In this document: piece after piece, positions 53,451 through 63,356 of the stretch
How the letters are laid out: each line of letters opens with the position of its first letter
Numbering within the stretch: position 1 is the stretch's first letter
Source of the DNA: an uncultured delta proteobacterium
GTDB lineage: Bacteria; Desulfobacterota; Binatia; Bin18
Direction of reading: 5' to 3'
Length of the DNA stretch: 64,000 nucleotides
Assembly (NCBI GenBank): GCA_963733195.1
Contig: CAVTCR010000045.1
Location: forward strand, 1-64,000
Program-made: the position numbers and the translations under genes
Notes under the pieces: generated by a model
What the model was told of the DNA's origin: nothing
Databases searched by the model: none
What the model saw: the letters and a program-made list of their open reading frames with translations, nothing else

Positions 53451-53640
53451 AGCGGCCTCCTTTGCGTCGTAGGGTCAGCAATGCGAGTCGATGGATTCGC
53501 ACGTGAATCAACCGCATCCCGCAGTCCAGCAGGTTGTATGGGAAGAGATGCCGCACTGTCAAACCTGCGATTTAGAGTTTTTGTTTCTGAACGATGCAGT
53601 AAAGCAATCTTTGCTTAAAGATGCTAAAGAGCAACACCTC

Positions 53641-54124
53641 ATGAGGAGACGCGTCGTGATCATCTTGTCTGTAGTGGTAGGTATTGCTGCAACCCTCACT
53701 GTGGCACATCGCCTCGTCCCGACCATCCTCAGATCCGAACGACATGCACTGCTGAGTGGGCACATCATGCTCATCACGATGAAAAACCGTGACACCTCAA
53801 ATCTGATCTCATTTCCCGTGGATTACCGACGTGAGGGAAATAGCGTGTATGTTGGCAGTGATTCAGCGTGGTGGAAACATCTTGAAGGCGGAGCGGAAGT
53901 GCGTATGCTAATTAAGGGAACCGAAGTTCGTTGGCTGGGCGACTCCTATTATTGACGATCCCGAGCACATCAAGGAGGGGTTCAAGAAACTGCGGCCGTG
54001 GACCTACAAACGAGCGCTGTGGAGTGGGGCTGTGTTTGTGGAGATCCAACTTCAAGGCTCGCAGCCAGGATGGAGTGGAACACAATCCAGGAAAACAACT
54101 AGAAGAGGAATCTATGCAGACTAG
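53641..54124 (+). CDS. deazaflavin-dependent nitroreductase-like split-barrel protein (frameshifted)
   Basis: ILRSERHALLSGHIMLIT..FPVDYRREG..WWKHLEGGAEV; N-terminal TM; end approximate. Confidence 0.5.
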
Positions 54125-54189
54125 CTCAGCGTGATATTTACCCTGTGTGAATATTTCTTTGGGAAGCCGCTCCTTGGTCGCAGGCTCCT

Positions 54190-54740
54190 CTAGTCTCCGT
54201 AGTGTACCTCGTAGATGTCTTCGAGCCCATCTTCCTCATCCACATGCGAGCCGATCCGTTTGAAGCCGAACTGCTCAGCCAACCGACGCGAAGGTATATT
54301 ATCCGGGCGAATCGACACGACAAAGCGAGTCACCTGATGTACTTGATACGCCCACTGCATCAGCGCCTCACACGCTTCGCGGGCATAGCCCTGCCGCCGA
54401 AAGGCGGAAAAGACCGTATACCCAAATTCGACTCCACCGGGAACAAGGTCGCGCAAGTAGTCTGCTCCAGGCTGGGTATGGAAGCCAATATGGCCGATCA
54501 TCACATGCTGGTGGCGGAGGGCGATCGCCCGCAGTAGCCAAGGTTGGAGGGCAGAGTTTCGGTGGAGGTCGTTCAAACGTACCTGTATGAGCTGTGTTCT
54601 GTAAACCATTCCGTAGGGATGGCAAGCCCCAGAAGTGCCTCAGCCGTCGTGGAGTCGCCCTGCAGCGAGGCCTGTAAAAAATCTGGAGTCAGAGGAATGA
54701 GGTCTAAGCGTTCAGAGGAAACGATAGGAGTGGGTGTCAT
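54190..54740 (-). CDS. GNAT acetyltransferase, RimJ/RimL type (frameshifted)
   Basis: SERLDLIP, IGHIGFH, EFGYTVFSAFRRQGYAREA, NIPSRRLAEQFGF. Confidence 0.85.
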
Positions 54741-55135
54741 GACACCTCCGATACTTCTCGAAACAAATCCCGCGCGCTTCGGGGAGCTAGCGGGCTAACG
54801 CCTTTATTTCCTGTTCAGCCGCGAGCCACCAAACTATAAAATAAATCGTTTTGAATTTATCCAGTTCATGTCCCAGTCTTGCAAAGGGCAGCGAGCCTAT
54901 AACGCTTGGTAGATCCTGTACAATAACGCTGAGAATGAGACATAACAGTTCGCAAACACGACTCCAAACCAGACAATCGCTCTCATGGGCATCAGTTTCA
55001 CGGTGATCTTCCTAATGTCTAACGTATGCTAGTTAGCCAATACAAAGTGGCAAATGCTTCGCCCCTACTCACGCATACGGTCTAATGCTAAAAGAGACGA
55101 CACATTATCCAGCAGAGGAAATCGGAGGAACATTC

Positions 55136-56861
55136 ATGCATGATCTGTTAATCCGTGGCGGAACGATCGTTGATGGGACTGGAAGCCGGCGTTTTCCGGA
55201 GATGTCGCCATTCGTGATGGACGTATCGCAGCGGTCGGCAAAAACCTGGGCAGTGCTACGCGTACGGTCAATGCTGATGGCCTGCTGGTCACGCCAGCCT
55301 GGGTCGATGTGCATACCCACTATGACGCCCAAGTGGCGTGGGACGAACAGCTCACCCCGTCTCTCTGGCATGGCGTTGCCACAGTCGTGATGGGCAACTG
55401 CGGAGTGGGCTTTGCGCCTGCGGCCCCTGATCGCCACGAGTGGCTGATTGGCCTCATGGAAGGCGTTGAGGATATTCCTGGACCATCATTGGCCGCGGGT
55501 CTGCCGTGGGGCTGGCAGAGCTTTCCCGAGTATTATGACGTTCTGGAGAAGATGCCACGGACGTTAGACGTAGCTGGGATGATCACTCATGGTGCGGTTC
55601 GTGCGTATGTGATGGGCGAACGCGGAGCCAAGAACCAACCGGCCACCGCCGACGATATTGCCCAGATGGCCGCGTTGGTCAAAGAAGCTGTGCTGGCTGG
55701 AGCGTTAGGGTTCTCCAGTTCTCGTACCCCGGTGCACATCGCTAAGGACGGGGTACCAGTACCAGGTACTTTTGCCACAGAAGACGAACTGCTCGGCATT
55801 GTGAAGGGCATGCGCGAAACCGGACGTGGCATCTTTGAGGTGGTGCCGGCAGGCGTTGTCGGTGAAGCGCCGAATGCCCTCAAGCCAGAAGTCGAAATGA
55901 TGATTCGCATCGCGCGGGCTTCGGGCTGTCCACTGACCTTTTTACTCGGCCAGGCAAACCGTGAGCCCCACGCATGGCGGGAAGTGCTGCAGATGTGCTC
56001 GACCGCTGTAAACGCAGGCGTGCCAATCACCCCAATGGTCTTTGCTCGCCCTGTGACCATACTCTTAAGTTGGCAGAGCGAAAATCCGTTCAAGTCGCTG
56101 CCGAGTTTCAAGCCGTTGCGCAATCTGCCGTTAGCTGAGAAAGATCGCAGCACTGACGGAACCCTGAAATCCGCCGAGCACTACTGGCTGAGCGTGAAGC
56201 CAGAGCTTCACGAGCGGCGCTGATGTACCACGACGCTTTCTGGGAAAAGACCTATCGCATGGGCCAGCCGTTGAACTATCTTCCCAGCCCTGACCAATCG
56301 ATCGCTGCGATTGCCCAGCGTGAAGGACGCAACGTCCTCGATGTCGTCTATGACGCACTGCTTGAGCAGGACGGGCGGGCTTTCTTGATGAACACTGTTG
56401 CTGGCTATGCTGAAGGCAACGCCAAAGCCCTACGCGAGATGATTACCCATCCGATTACGGCGTTGGGTGGCAGCGATGCTGGTGCGCATGTCAATCAGAT
56501 CATGGATGCCAGTATGCCGACCTATATGTTGGCGCATTGGGTACGTGACCTGCCTGCAGATCATCCTGACCATCTGCCGCTGGAGATGGTGGTCAAGAAG
56601 CTGACGCATGACGGCGCGCGGCTGTTTGGTCTCAAAGATCGCGGCACCCTAGAGCCAGGGGCCAAGGCCGATGTCAACTTGATTGACTACAAGAACTTGC
56701 ACGTCAATCACCCAGAAGTGGTCCACGACCTACCTGCGGGCATGCCGCGCCTGATGCAAACCGCAAACGGTTATGTGGCAACCTACGTGAGTGGTCAAGC
56801 AGTACAAGAGAATGGCCACGACACTGGCGCACGACCGGGGAAAATCGTGCGCAGTGCGTAG
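55136..56861 (+). CDS. N-acyl-D-amino-acid deacylase family amidohydrolase (2 frameshifts)
   Basis: IRGGTIVDGTG, DVHTHYD, MGNCGVGFAP, SDAGAH, DRGTLEPGAKADVN. Confidence 0.9.
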
Positions 56862-56929
56862 CGCTGATTGATGAGATCCGCAGGCAATAGAGTTCGGACA
56901 TTCATGATGTCGGGCGGCTTTAGGTGCCT

Positions 56930-57023
56930 TCTCCCCTCCGGGAGAAGCCTGTCCTGAGCTTGTCGAAGGGGCCAGGATGAGGGGAAGAAAGAGTGGTATT
57001 CCTTATTCGATCCCCTCACCCTA
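56930..57023. repeat. nested REP-like palindromes
   Basis: CTCCCCTCCGGGAGA[GCCTGTCCTGAGCTTGTCGAAGG]..TGAGGGG ... CCCCTCACCCTA. Confidence 0.55.
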
Positions 57024-57346
57024 GGGGATGCCCGTGCGCGGATACTGGCCGAGCTGGATGACCCACCCGTAGTGTGACACCTCGGGACCCTGTTTGAGGG
57101 TGATGTGTATCTCCTGAGTTTTGCAGGGCAGGAAAACTGGGTTCAGCAGCGCCCAAATTTCCTGTACCTCACTGGGAGTTAAGGGACGATGACGAACGAG
57201 GCGCATGGGTAGCGCGGTGGGGGGATCAATCGACTGTGTCAGTCCTGGGAAAGTGTTCATGAGTTCTTCTCCTTTTGCGTATTTTGCTGCGTCCGCCCGA
57301 CGATTAATCGTCGGGCGGAAGGGACGCCTGGTAACGAATACCCAGC

Positions 57347-57933
57347 TCAAAACAACGGCCCTGAGGTTTCCACCTTGATCTCGCCGCGATTGATCGCCGG
57401 GAGCAGCAGCTCCATAAGTTCTTCGTGTTGCTCTCTCGTGAGTTGTCCCATAGACACGCGCAGGGTGTGCGCGTCTTCGTCGGTCCAACGTTTGGCTGCG
57501 AGGGCGGTGCGTACGGCTGAGACGCACTTTGATACGCGGCTTTGTTCTCCGGCGTGTCGCGCAGTTGCGCGTTGGCGATCTCTTGTGCGCGTGCCTGTTG
57601 GGCCTCGGGACTCCACTCCGCCAGCGCCTGCTGGAGTTCTTGACGAAGGATTTTGGTTAGCACTGTTGAGTCACCGCGTCACCAGACGGCACAATCGCGT
57701 TAGGTCGGTTCAGGACGAACATCTGGTGAGTTGTTTCGTTCTAACGACTGCGTTAAGGCAGTCACTGCCTGTTCGAGTTGCGCGAACTGCTGGTCATAGC
57801 GCGGCTCATGGTCTGCTGTGGTCGTTTGCACTGTCGAGGCGTGTGGCATCCACATCATCGTTCCCGCCCCCAGGGCGATACCAACACTGAACGCCACTGC
57901 CGTCATCCATCTGCCATTATTCTGTAGTGTCAT
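57347..57933 (-). CDS. membrane-anchored coiled-coil hypothetical protein (frameshifted), partner of the tandem paralogs
   Basis: TM (AVAFSVGIALG), coiled coil, C-terminal AKRWTDEDA..LLPAINRGEIKVETSGPLF*; three collinear frames. Confidence 0.6.
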
Positions 57934-58033
57934 AACTCTGTTTCCTTTCTTGAATGCTGGTGGCAATACTACACCGTCCACCACGCGGGAACGACCAAAC
58001 GCGCCCACGTGGTGCGGCAACTGTCTGTCTCAC

Positions 58034-58436
58034 TTATCGAAGGAGGTCCGATGCGTTGTTGACGATGATGTAGGTCGCAGGTGGTGGTACCGGCCGGCAT
58101 AGAGAAATAAATGTAGGAACTGGTTGGTCATGGTCTGCGACCGCAATCAATTTTGGATCGTAACGTCCAGCAGTTAAGAGACAGCACCATTTTTATCGCA
58201 GCGAAACAGCTCATATACGAGACGAGTAAGCAGCCTTGACTGACTGCACAGCCGATGTATTGCCTGTTGTCACTACTGAAACGTGCTGACTGCACAGCGC
58301 CCTGCAGCGCTAGAGGCTGCCTGCCACGATAGACCTCATAGTTGGAGGCGTAGCCCGCCCAGGTGGGACCGGTGTGAGCCAAGAGTGTCAAGCCCAGAAC
58401 CGCTCCGCCGATGATGTTTTTCACATGTGCTTTCAT
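58034..58436 (-). CDS. small secreted Cys-containing protein, paralog 3
   Basis: MKAHVKNIIGGAVLGLTLLAHTGPTWAG..SARFSSDNRQYIGC..SCFA; ends LLR*; frameshifts. Confidence 0.7.
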
Positions 58437-58512
58437 GATGAGATTCTCCTTTCTGCGTTGTTGAAGCGGGAGCATCCCAACGCTCCCGCGTGGTGCGTTA
58501 CCTCTGCCGTGC

Positions 58513-58922
58513 TTATCTGAGGTGGTACGATGCGTTATCGACGTCGATGATAGTTGCAGGTGGAGCGTACCGGGCGGCATCTGGAAAAAAATGTATGAAC
58601 AGCCGGTTATGGCATGGGCTACTGCAATCAACTGTGGATCGGCACGTCTCACAGGTAAATCGTGGCGCCATTTTTATCCCTGCGGCGGCTACAGAACATA
58701 CGAGACGGCAGAAGACTCCGAACTACGGAACAGCCGATATATTGCAGAGTTGTCGGTACTGTACCGCGCTGCCGGAAGAGCGCCCGTTGCATGAGAGCTG
58801 TCTGCTACGAAGATCTCGATTGGCGGGAGTCACTAGAACCCCGCCCAGGTCGGAACCGTGGTGGCCAAGAGTGCCAGGCCAAGAGCTGCTCCGCCGATGA
58901 TGTTTTTCAAATGCGCTTTCAT
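58513..58922 (-). CDS. small secreted Cys-containing protein, paralog 2
   Basis: MKAHLKNIIGGAALGLAL..PTWAG..ARYSTD..QYIGC; ends LR*; frameshifts. Confidence 0.7.
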
Positions 58923-59000
58923 GATTCGTTCTCCTTTCTCAGTTGTTGAAGCGGGAAGCATGCCAAACTCCCCATGTTGTGCGTCAACCATCTGCCGTGC

Positions 59001-59405
59001 TTATCTGAGGACGATCGATGAGTTGTCGAGTGGAGGGAATTGCAGGCAGAGGGATAATCGGACGCGCGCAGTGAAATAAATGTATGAATGGTCGGTCATG
59101 GTACGGGCTACGGCCAATCAATTTTGGATCTGTAACTTAAACAGCATGCGCAGAGCGCCATATATATCCTGGGCGAAACAGCTCACATACAAGCGATCAG
59201 AAGCAGTCTTATAGACTGTGACAACTGATGTATTGCAGTTGGTCGATACTGTACCGCGCTGCATGCAGAGCGCCCGAATGCCGATAAGTTGTCCGATCTT
59301 GACCTCTGAGAGGAACGCTAAACCCGCCCAGGTCGGAGCAGAGTTCGCCAACAGTGCCAGGCCAAGAGCCGCTCCGCCGATGATTTTTTTCAGATACGTT
59401 TTCAT
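59001..59405 (-). CDS. small secreted Cys-containing protein, paralog 1
   Basis: MKTYLKKIIGGAALGLALLANSAPTWAG..YVSCFAQD; ends LR*; frameshifts. Confidence 0.7.
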
Positions 59406-59526
59406 GATTCGTTTCTCCTTTCTTTTTTAGTTGTCCGTTATCAGTTCTGTGTTATTGCTAATGGGGATTCACTCATTCCGCGTTCAAATCATTGGTCATT
59501 GCTCTCCTTTCGCTTGCGCATTTTGT

Positions 59527-59589
59527 TGTGACCTCTGTAGAGAAAGGCGTAACAAAGCGATGAACACCTGTGTTCATTGGGGAGTGAAC
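59527..59589 (-). promoter_or_regulatory. shared operator/promoter motif, copy C
   Basis: Minus strand GTTCA-ctccccaa-TGAAC-acaggt-GTTCA-tcgc-TTTGTTACGCCTTTCTCTACAGAGGTCACA. Confidence 0.7.
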
Positions 59590-59802
59590 ACTTGGAGGGA
59601 GGGGGTTTAATCTTCTGGGAGGGGGAAAGTGAACGGACGTGGCGTTAGAACTGCCAGGTCAGCAGCGTATGTGGGTCAGAGACGTAGCGGTAAACGGTCA
59701 GTCTTGATGATGCATTGGGGGTCGCGGGTAGGGGCGACGCTTGTCCCTGTCGTGATCAGGCGTCCGCATGACCCACCTAGTGCTAATGTCATGTGGTTTG
59801 GT

Positions 59803-62265
59803 CTAGTTGCCACTGTTGCTCGTCGGCACCGTGACGGTGGCCGTCACTGCATCTTTCGTGATTGCCAGAGGCATCAGTCGCACGGTAGGTGATGGTATAC
59901 ACCCGACCAGTGCTTTGACCGCCAGTGCCACGTTCAGACCGTAAGGAAAACGCACGATCATCAGTGCCGATGGTTGCCCCTTGAATGTCTGGTCCCTTGT
60001 CTCCATTCCCTAAGAACCCGGTTTCCGGTTCGTTACTGGTCACGGACACCAAGGTAATCCTAGGATTGGGATCACAATTATCCGGTCACCGTAATGGTCG
60101 CCGTAATGTCTTGGAACTTATGATTCGGTGGCCACAGGGTCGTGGGCGATACGGTCACTGTCAGTGTAGGTTGAACCTCATAAAGAATCCGCAACGGTGC
60201 TGAACCGGTAGCTGTCAGAAAGTTACTCACGAAGTCCTTAAAAGCCAGGGATGCGCTTGCGCTAGTAAAATCGCCTGGACAAGCATTGAGCGGCACGGTG
60301 AAATTGCTCGTCCGAGTCGCACTTCCTCCGACCACAATGGCACCCATCTCCTCCACCTGCGTTCCCCCGTCTGGTCGCGTATCAGTAAGCACGGCTTCCA
60401 AGGCTGGCCCGCGGCCCGAGTTGCTGATCTGAGTGGTGTAGGTCAATACATCCGCAGGACGAGCCGTTGCCGGACCAGTTTTGTCTACCACGACCCCAGG
60501 TGCTGCCATCGCAGCCATAAATTCCCGCGCCTCTCGGATCGTGTCAGGGTCGGCTTCGTCCTCAGCATAAACTCCCGCACCATCGGCATAGTTGTCCGCC
60601 ATTGTTCGGAAGTTATACTTCAGATTCTGCCAATCATCGAAACCAGTTAGTAGAGTGAACTCTCCATCACCGTTAATGTCAGCTTGGACGTTGGTGGTAT
60701 TGGGCGGTGGACAGGTCGTGCCTTCGAGCACGTCGTCAGCATCCCACTTCCTCGCCCCAAAGCCGAGCTGTCCCCGGATCGATGCCGATACATTCATCCA
60801 GCTGATGTTTCAAGCAGTTGAGTTTTAGCTGGCGGGAGCGGCGGGGGAAGGGCAATGCGCGAGTAATCACACCCGCCGGGGAAAAACCCATTAGGGCTAG
60901 GGGTAACAGTGCATTATTGGAATGCATAATTCATCACACTGAGATAGTTTGGCTTATCGTTGGTTTGCGCCTGATCTCCGCCATGATGCGAGACCGAGCG
61001 TATGCCCAAGTTCGTGCATGAACGTGCAAGCTTGTTGCTCACGACTCCCAACCGAGAAACCATTCGCATCGGGAATCCAACAAGGGAAACCAACGACATT
61101 AACGCCGCCGAGCGTAACCATGAAGTCGTTGCCATGAACTTCCCCTTGTCCACTCGTGCAGTCGTTGGTTGGTCGGCGGAAGTTCGTCTGGTGCCCAAAG
61201 ATCGCGTAGCGGAATATCGCTGTACGCACGGGGTTAAAGTTCGCCTGCTTCAGATCGTAGAAATTCGTTGCCGGGTCCCCAAGCGCGCCATTGAAATCGA
61301 TGATCGTATTTCCTGCCTCAGGAATCTGACTCCCGCCGCCACCAAGGTTTCCGTACGTTCCAATTACTCCGCCCGTCCCAGGGACAGGAACGATAGTCCC
61401 GGCTCCGAACAGCGAACCAGTATCGACATGCAATTGCACTCCGGTAGTACCATCGGGGTTGGCAACAGGGGCATTCGGCGAAGGAGCGAACAACATCATC
61501 TATGGCATCTTGCCGAGGGCAATGCGAATGGGTTGCGGCAACCAAACAATCCACCTCAACGAAGATATCTTTACGCTGCGGATTGGCACCCAATGCAGGC
61601 AGGTTGACATCAATCGAGCCGTCACCATTCGCATCAAAGCCGCTCAGCTCCCAACCGTCCAGTAACCCGTCGCCATCCTCATCACCAAGAGAGATGTCAA
61701 AACAGGTCTTCACTGCATTGCCACCAGTCCCGGTAACGCAATTTTCCGGCCATTCAACATCCCCCATCCACCGTCCGGTAGTCAAATCCACTTCGAGGTC
61801 TACCACCTTTTTCGGGCCAGGATTAATATCGGCGAGATCACTCTCACTCAGGGAATCGTAATCAATAATCTCAATACGTATAGCGACAGTTCCCTGGTTC
61901 GGTGAGATGTTCCGCACCAACACCCAGGACGGGTGAGGAATCAGCGGCCCAGATGGAAGGATAAACCCGCCATCAAAATCGAACCGATGATTAAACGTAC
62001 TCAGTTCCACTCCATCGATGGAGACGTGAGCATAGAAGATCCCCGAGGGAAGAGATGGGGAAGCCATCGAAATCGCCCCCGAACTGCTCAAGTTCAGTGA
62101 TCGTCACGGTGACCGGCTGGGTTTGCGCATGACTGCCAGTGGGGAACAGCGTTAAACGAGGCAAAGCCGGCAAGTAGAGTAAGTACAACACGACGAAAAT
62201 GCTGATAAGTAAACATGGTAGTCCTTCCTTTTCTTCCTTGATTCTTTGTGGTGATTGTTGGTCAT
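59803..62265 (-). CDS. large secreted zinc metalloprotease-like protein (multiple frameshifts)
   Basis: DGDGLLDGWE, GANPQRKDIFVEVD, FMHELGHTLGL, KPNYLSVMNY Met-turn, DUF11-like VDKTGP..LTYT, LWPPNHKF, GRVYTITYRATDASGN. Confidence 0.75.
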
Positions 62266-62289
62266 GAAACCAGTTCGTTAGGTGTTCCG

Positions 62290-62478
62290 TTACGCGGCCT
62301 GTTGATACTCAGTGGTTTGGGGCTTCGTCGAAGAGCGAGTCTGAGGCTGCGTCGAGTTTCCGCGTAGCGCGGCCAGGGCAATCCCCCAGACGCTGCCTAG
62401 GAGTAGGGTCCACAGCCCGATCCCTAACCAAAATCCGACCTCCGGAAACGAAACCGTTGCCGTTGCGATGCTCCACAT
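62290..62478 (-). CDS. small membrane protein
   Basis: AAAGGAG RBS; one TM; first gene after motif copy D. Confidence 0.55.
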   Translation of the reverse strand: MWSIATATVSFPEVGFWLGIGLWTLLLGSVWGIALAALRGNSTQPQTRSSTKPQTTEYQQAA

Positions 62479-62530
62479 AAGCGATCTCCTTTCTTCGTGA
62501 ATTAGTTTGTCTATTCACTGCAGTTTGTGT

Positions 62531-62594
62531 TGTGACCTCTGTAGAGGAAGGCGTAACAAAGCGATGAACGATCGGTGTTCATCGGTGAGTGAAC
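62531..62594 (-). promoter_or_regulatory. shared operator/promoter motif, copy D
   Basis: Minus strand GTTCA-ctcaccga-TGAAC-accgatc-GTTCA-tcgc-TTTGTTACGCCTTCCTCTACAGAGGTCACA. Confidence 0.7.
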
Positions 62595-62814
62595 ACAGCG
62601 AAACGGGAAAAGGGGGAAATGGGGAAATGGAGAAAAGGGAAGAAAAACGAATGGGCGGAAGGGAGAAACGGAGAAGGGCAGCGCGGTAGTGTGCGAAGGC
62701 GCTCAGGATACGGCTAACGAGGCGGGGGCCGATCCATAAGCCGACGCTCAAGCGCCGGGCGGCGACTGGGCCAATCTTATGTGGTTCGATTGAGCCGCCT
62801 CTCGGTTGTAGCGT

Positions 62815-63147
62815 TCAACCATGAGTGGCTTCTGCGAGCACCTCGGTCGCCCATTGATTAAGGCTCTTGCCTGCGGCTTGGGCGGCGACCAAAGCCGCAC
62901 CGTGCACCTCCGGTGGTACGCGCAACATGAGCTTGCCAGACGCAGGTTTCTCCGGGCGCACACCTTGTTCCTTACAGTCGCGCAAGAACTCTTCGATAGC
63001 CGTCACGAGCGCAGCACGCAACTCTTTCACCGTTTCACCATGAAAGCTGATCATGGTGCGCAAGCCAAGAACGCGACCGACAAAGATGTTGTCGCGCTCG
63101 TCGAATTCGATGCGAGCGGTGTACCCCTTATGAGTCATGGTGTTCAT
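62815..63147 (-). CDS. hicB: HicB antitoxin
   Basis: MTHKGYTARIEFD..ISFHGETVKEL..SGKLMLRVPPEVH..GKSLNQW. Confidence 0.92.
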   Translation of the reverse strand: MNTMTHKGYTARIEFDERDNIFVGRVLGLRTMISFHGETVKELRAALVTAIEEFLRDCKEQGVRPEKPASGKLMLRVPPEVHGAALVAAQAAGKSLNQWATEVLAEATHG

Positions 63148-63215
63148 GGTTTGACCCCTATCCGTTCCAGCAACTCGCGGGCCTCTTCGACCTGATAGCG
63201 CTCTCGATGGTAGGT
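63144..63215 (-). pseudogene. hicA: HicA toxin C-terminal remnant
   Basis: RYQVEEARELLERIGVKP* with ATGA overlap into hicB. Confidence 0.65.
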
Positions 63216-63356
63216 GAGGCGTCCGGTGGGCCGTGCGCGCAGCCTGCATACACAACACAAATTTTACACCTTGGATATTTGCAGTCAGGGTTCAAAAATA
63301 CAAGGGAAGGAAAAATAACAACTCGTTCGTACAGACTGCGGGGCAACTTTCTCTTC

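Noticed and set aside
58034-59405. CRISPR-like or DGR-like array
   Set aside because: Units are ~485-nt coding paralogs with RBS and signal peptides; no short identical repeats, cas genes or reverse transcriptase
9977-62265. Many frameshifted genes as programmed frameshifting or mass pseudogenisation
   Set aside because: Single indels are scattered through ordinary enzymes (MFS, GST, Mo-oxidoreductase, CoA-transferase, amidohydrolase) with intact motifs and no shared slippery site; long-read error is the simpler explanation, though read data are needed
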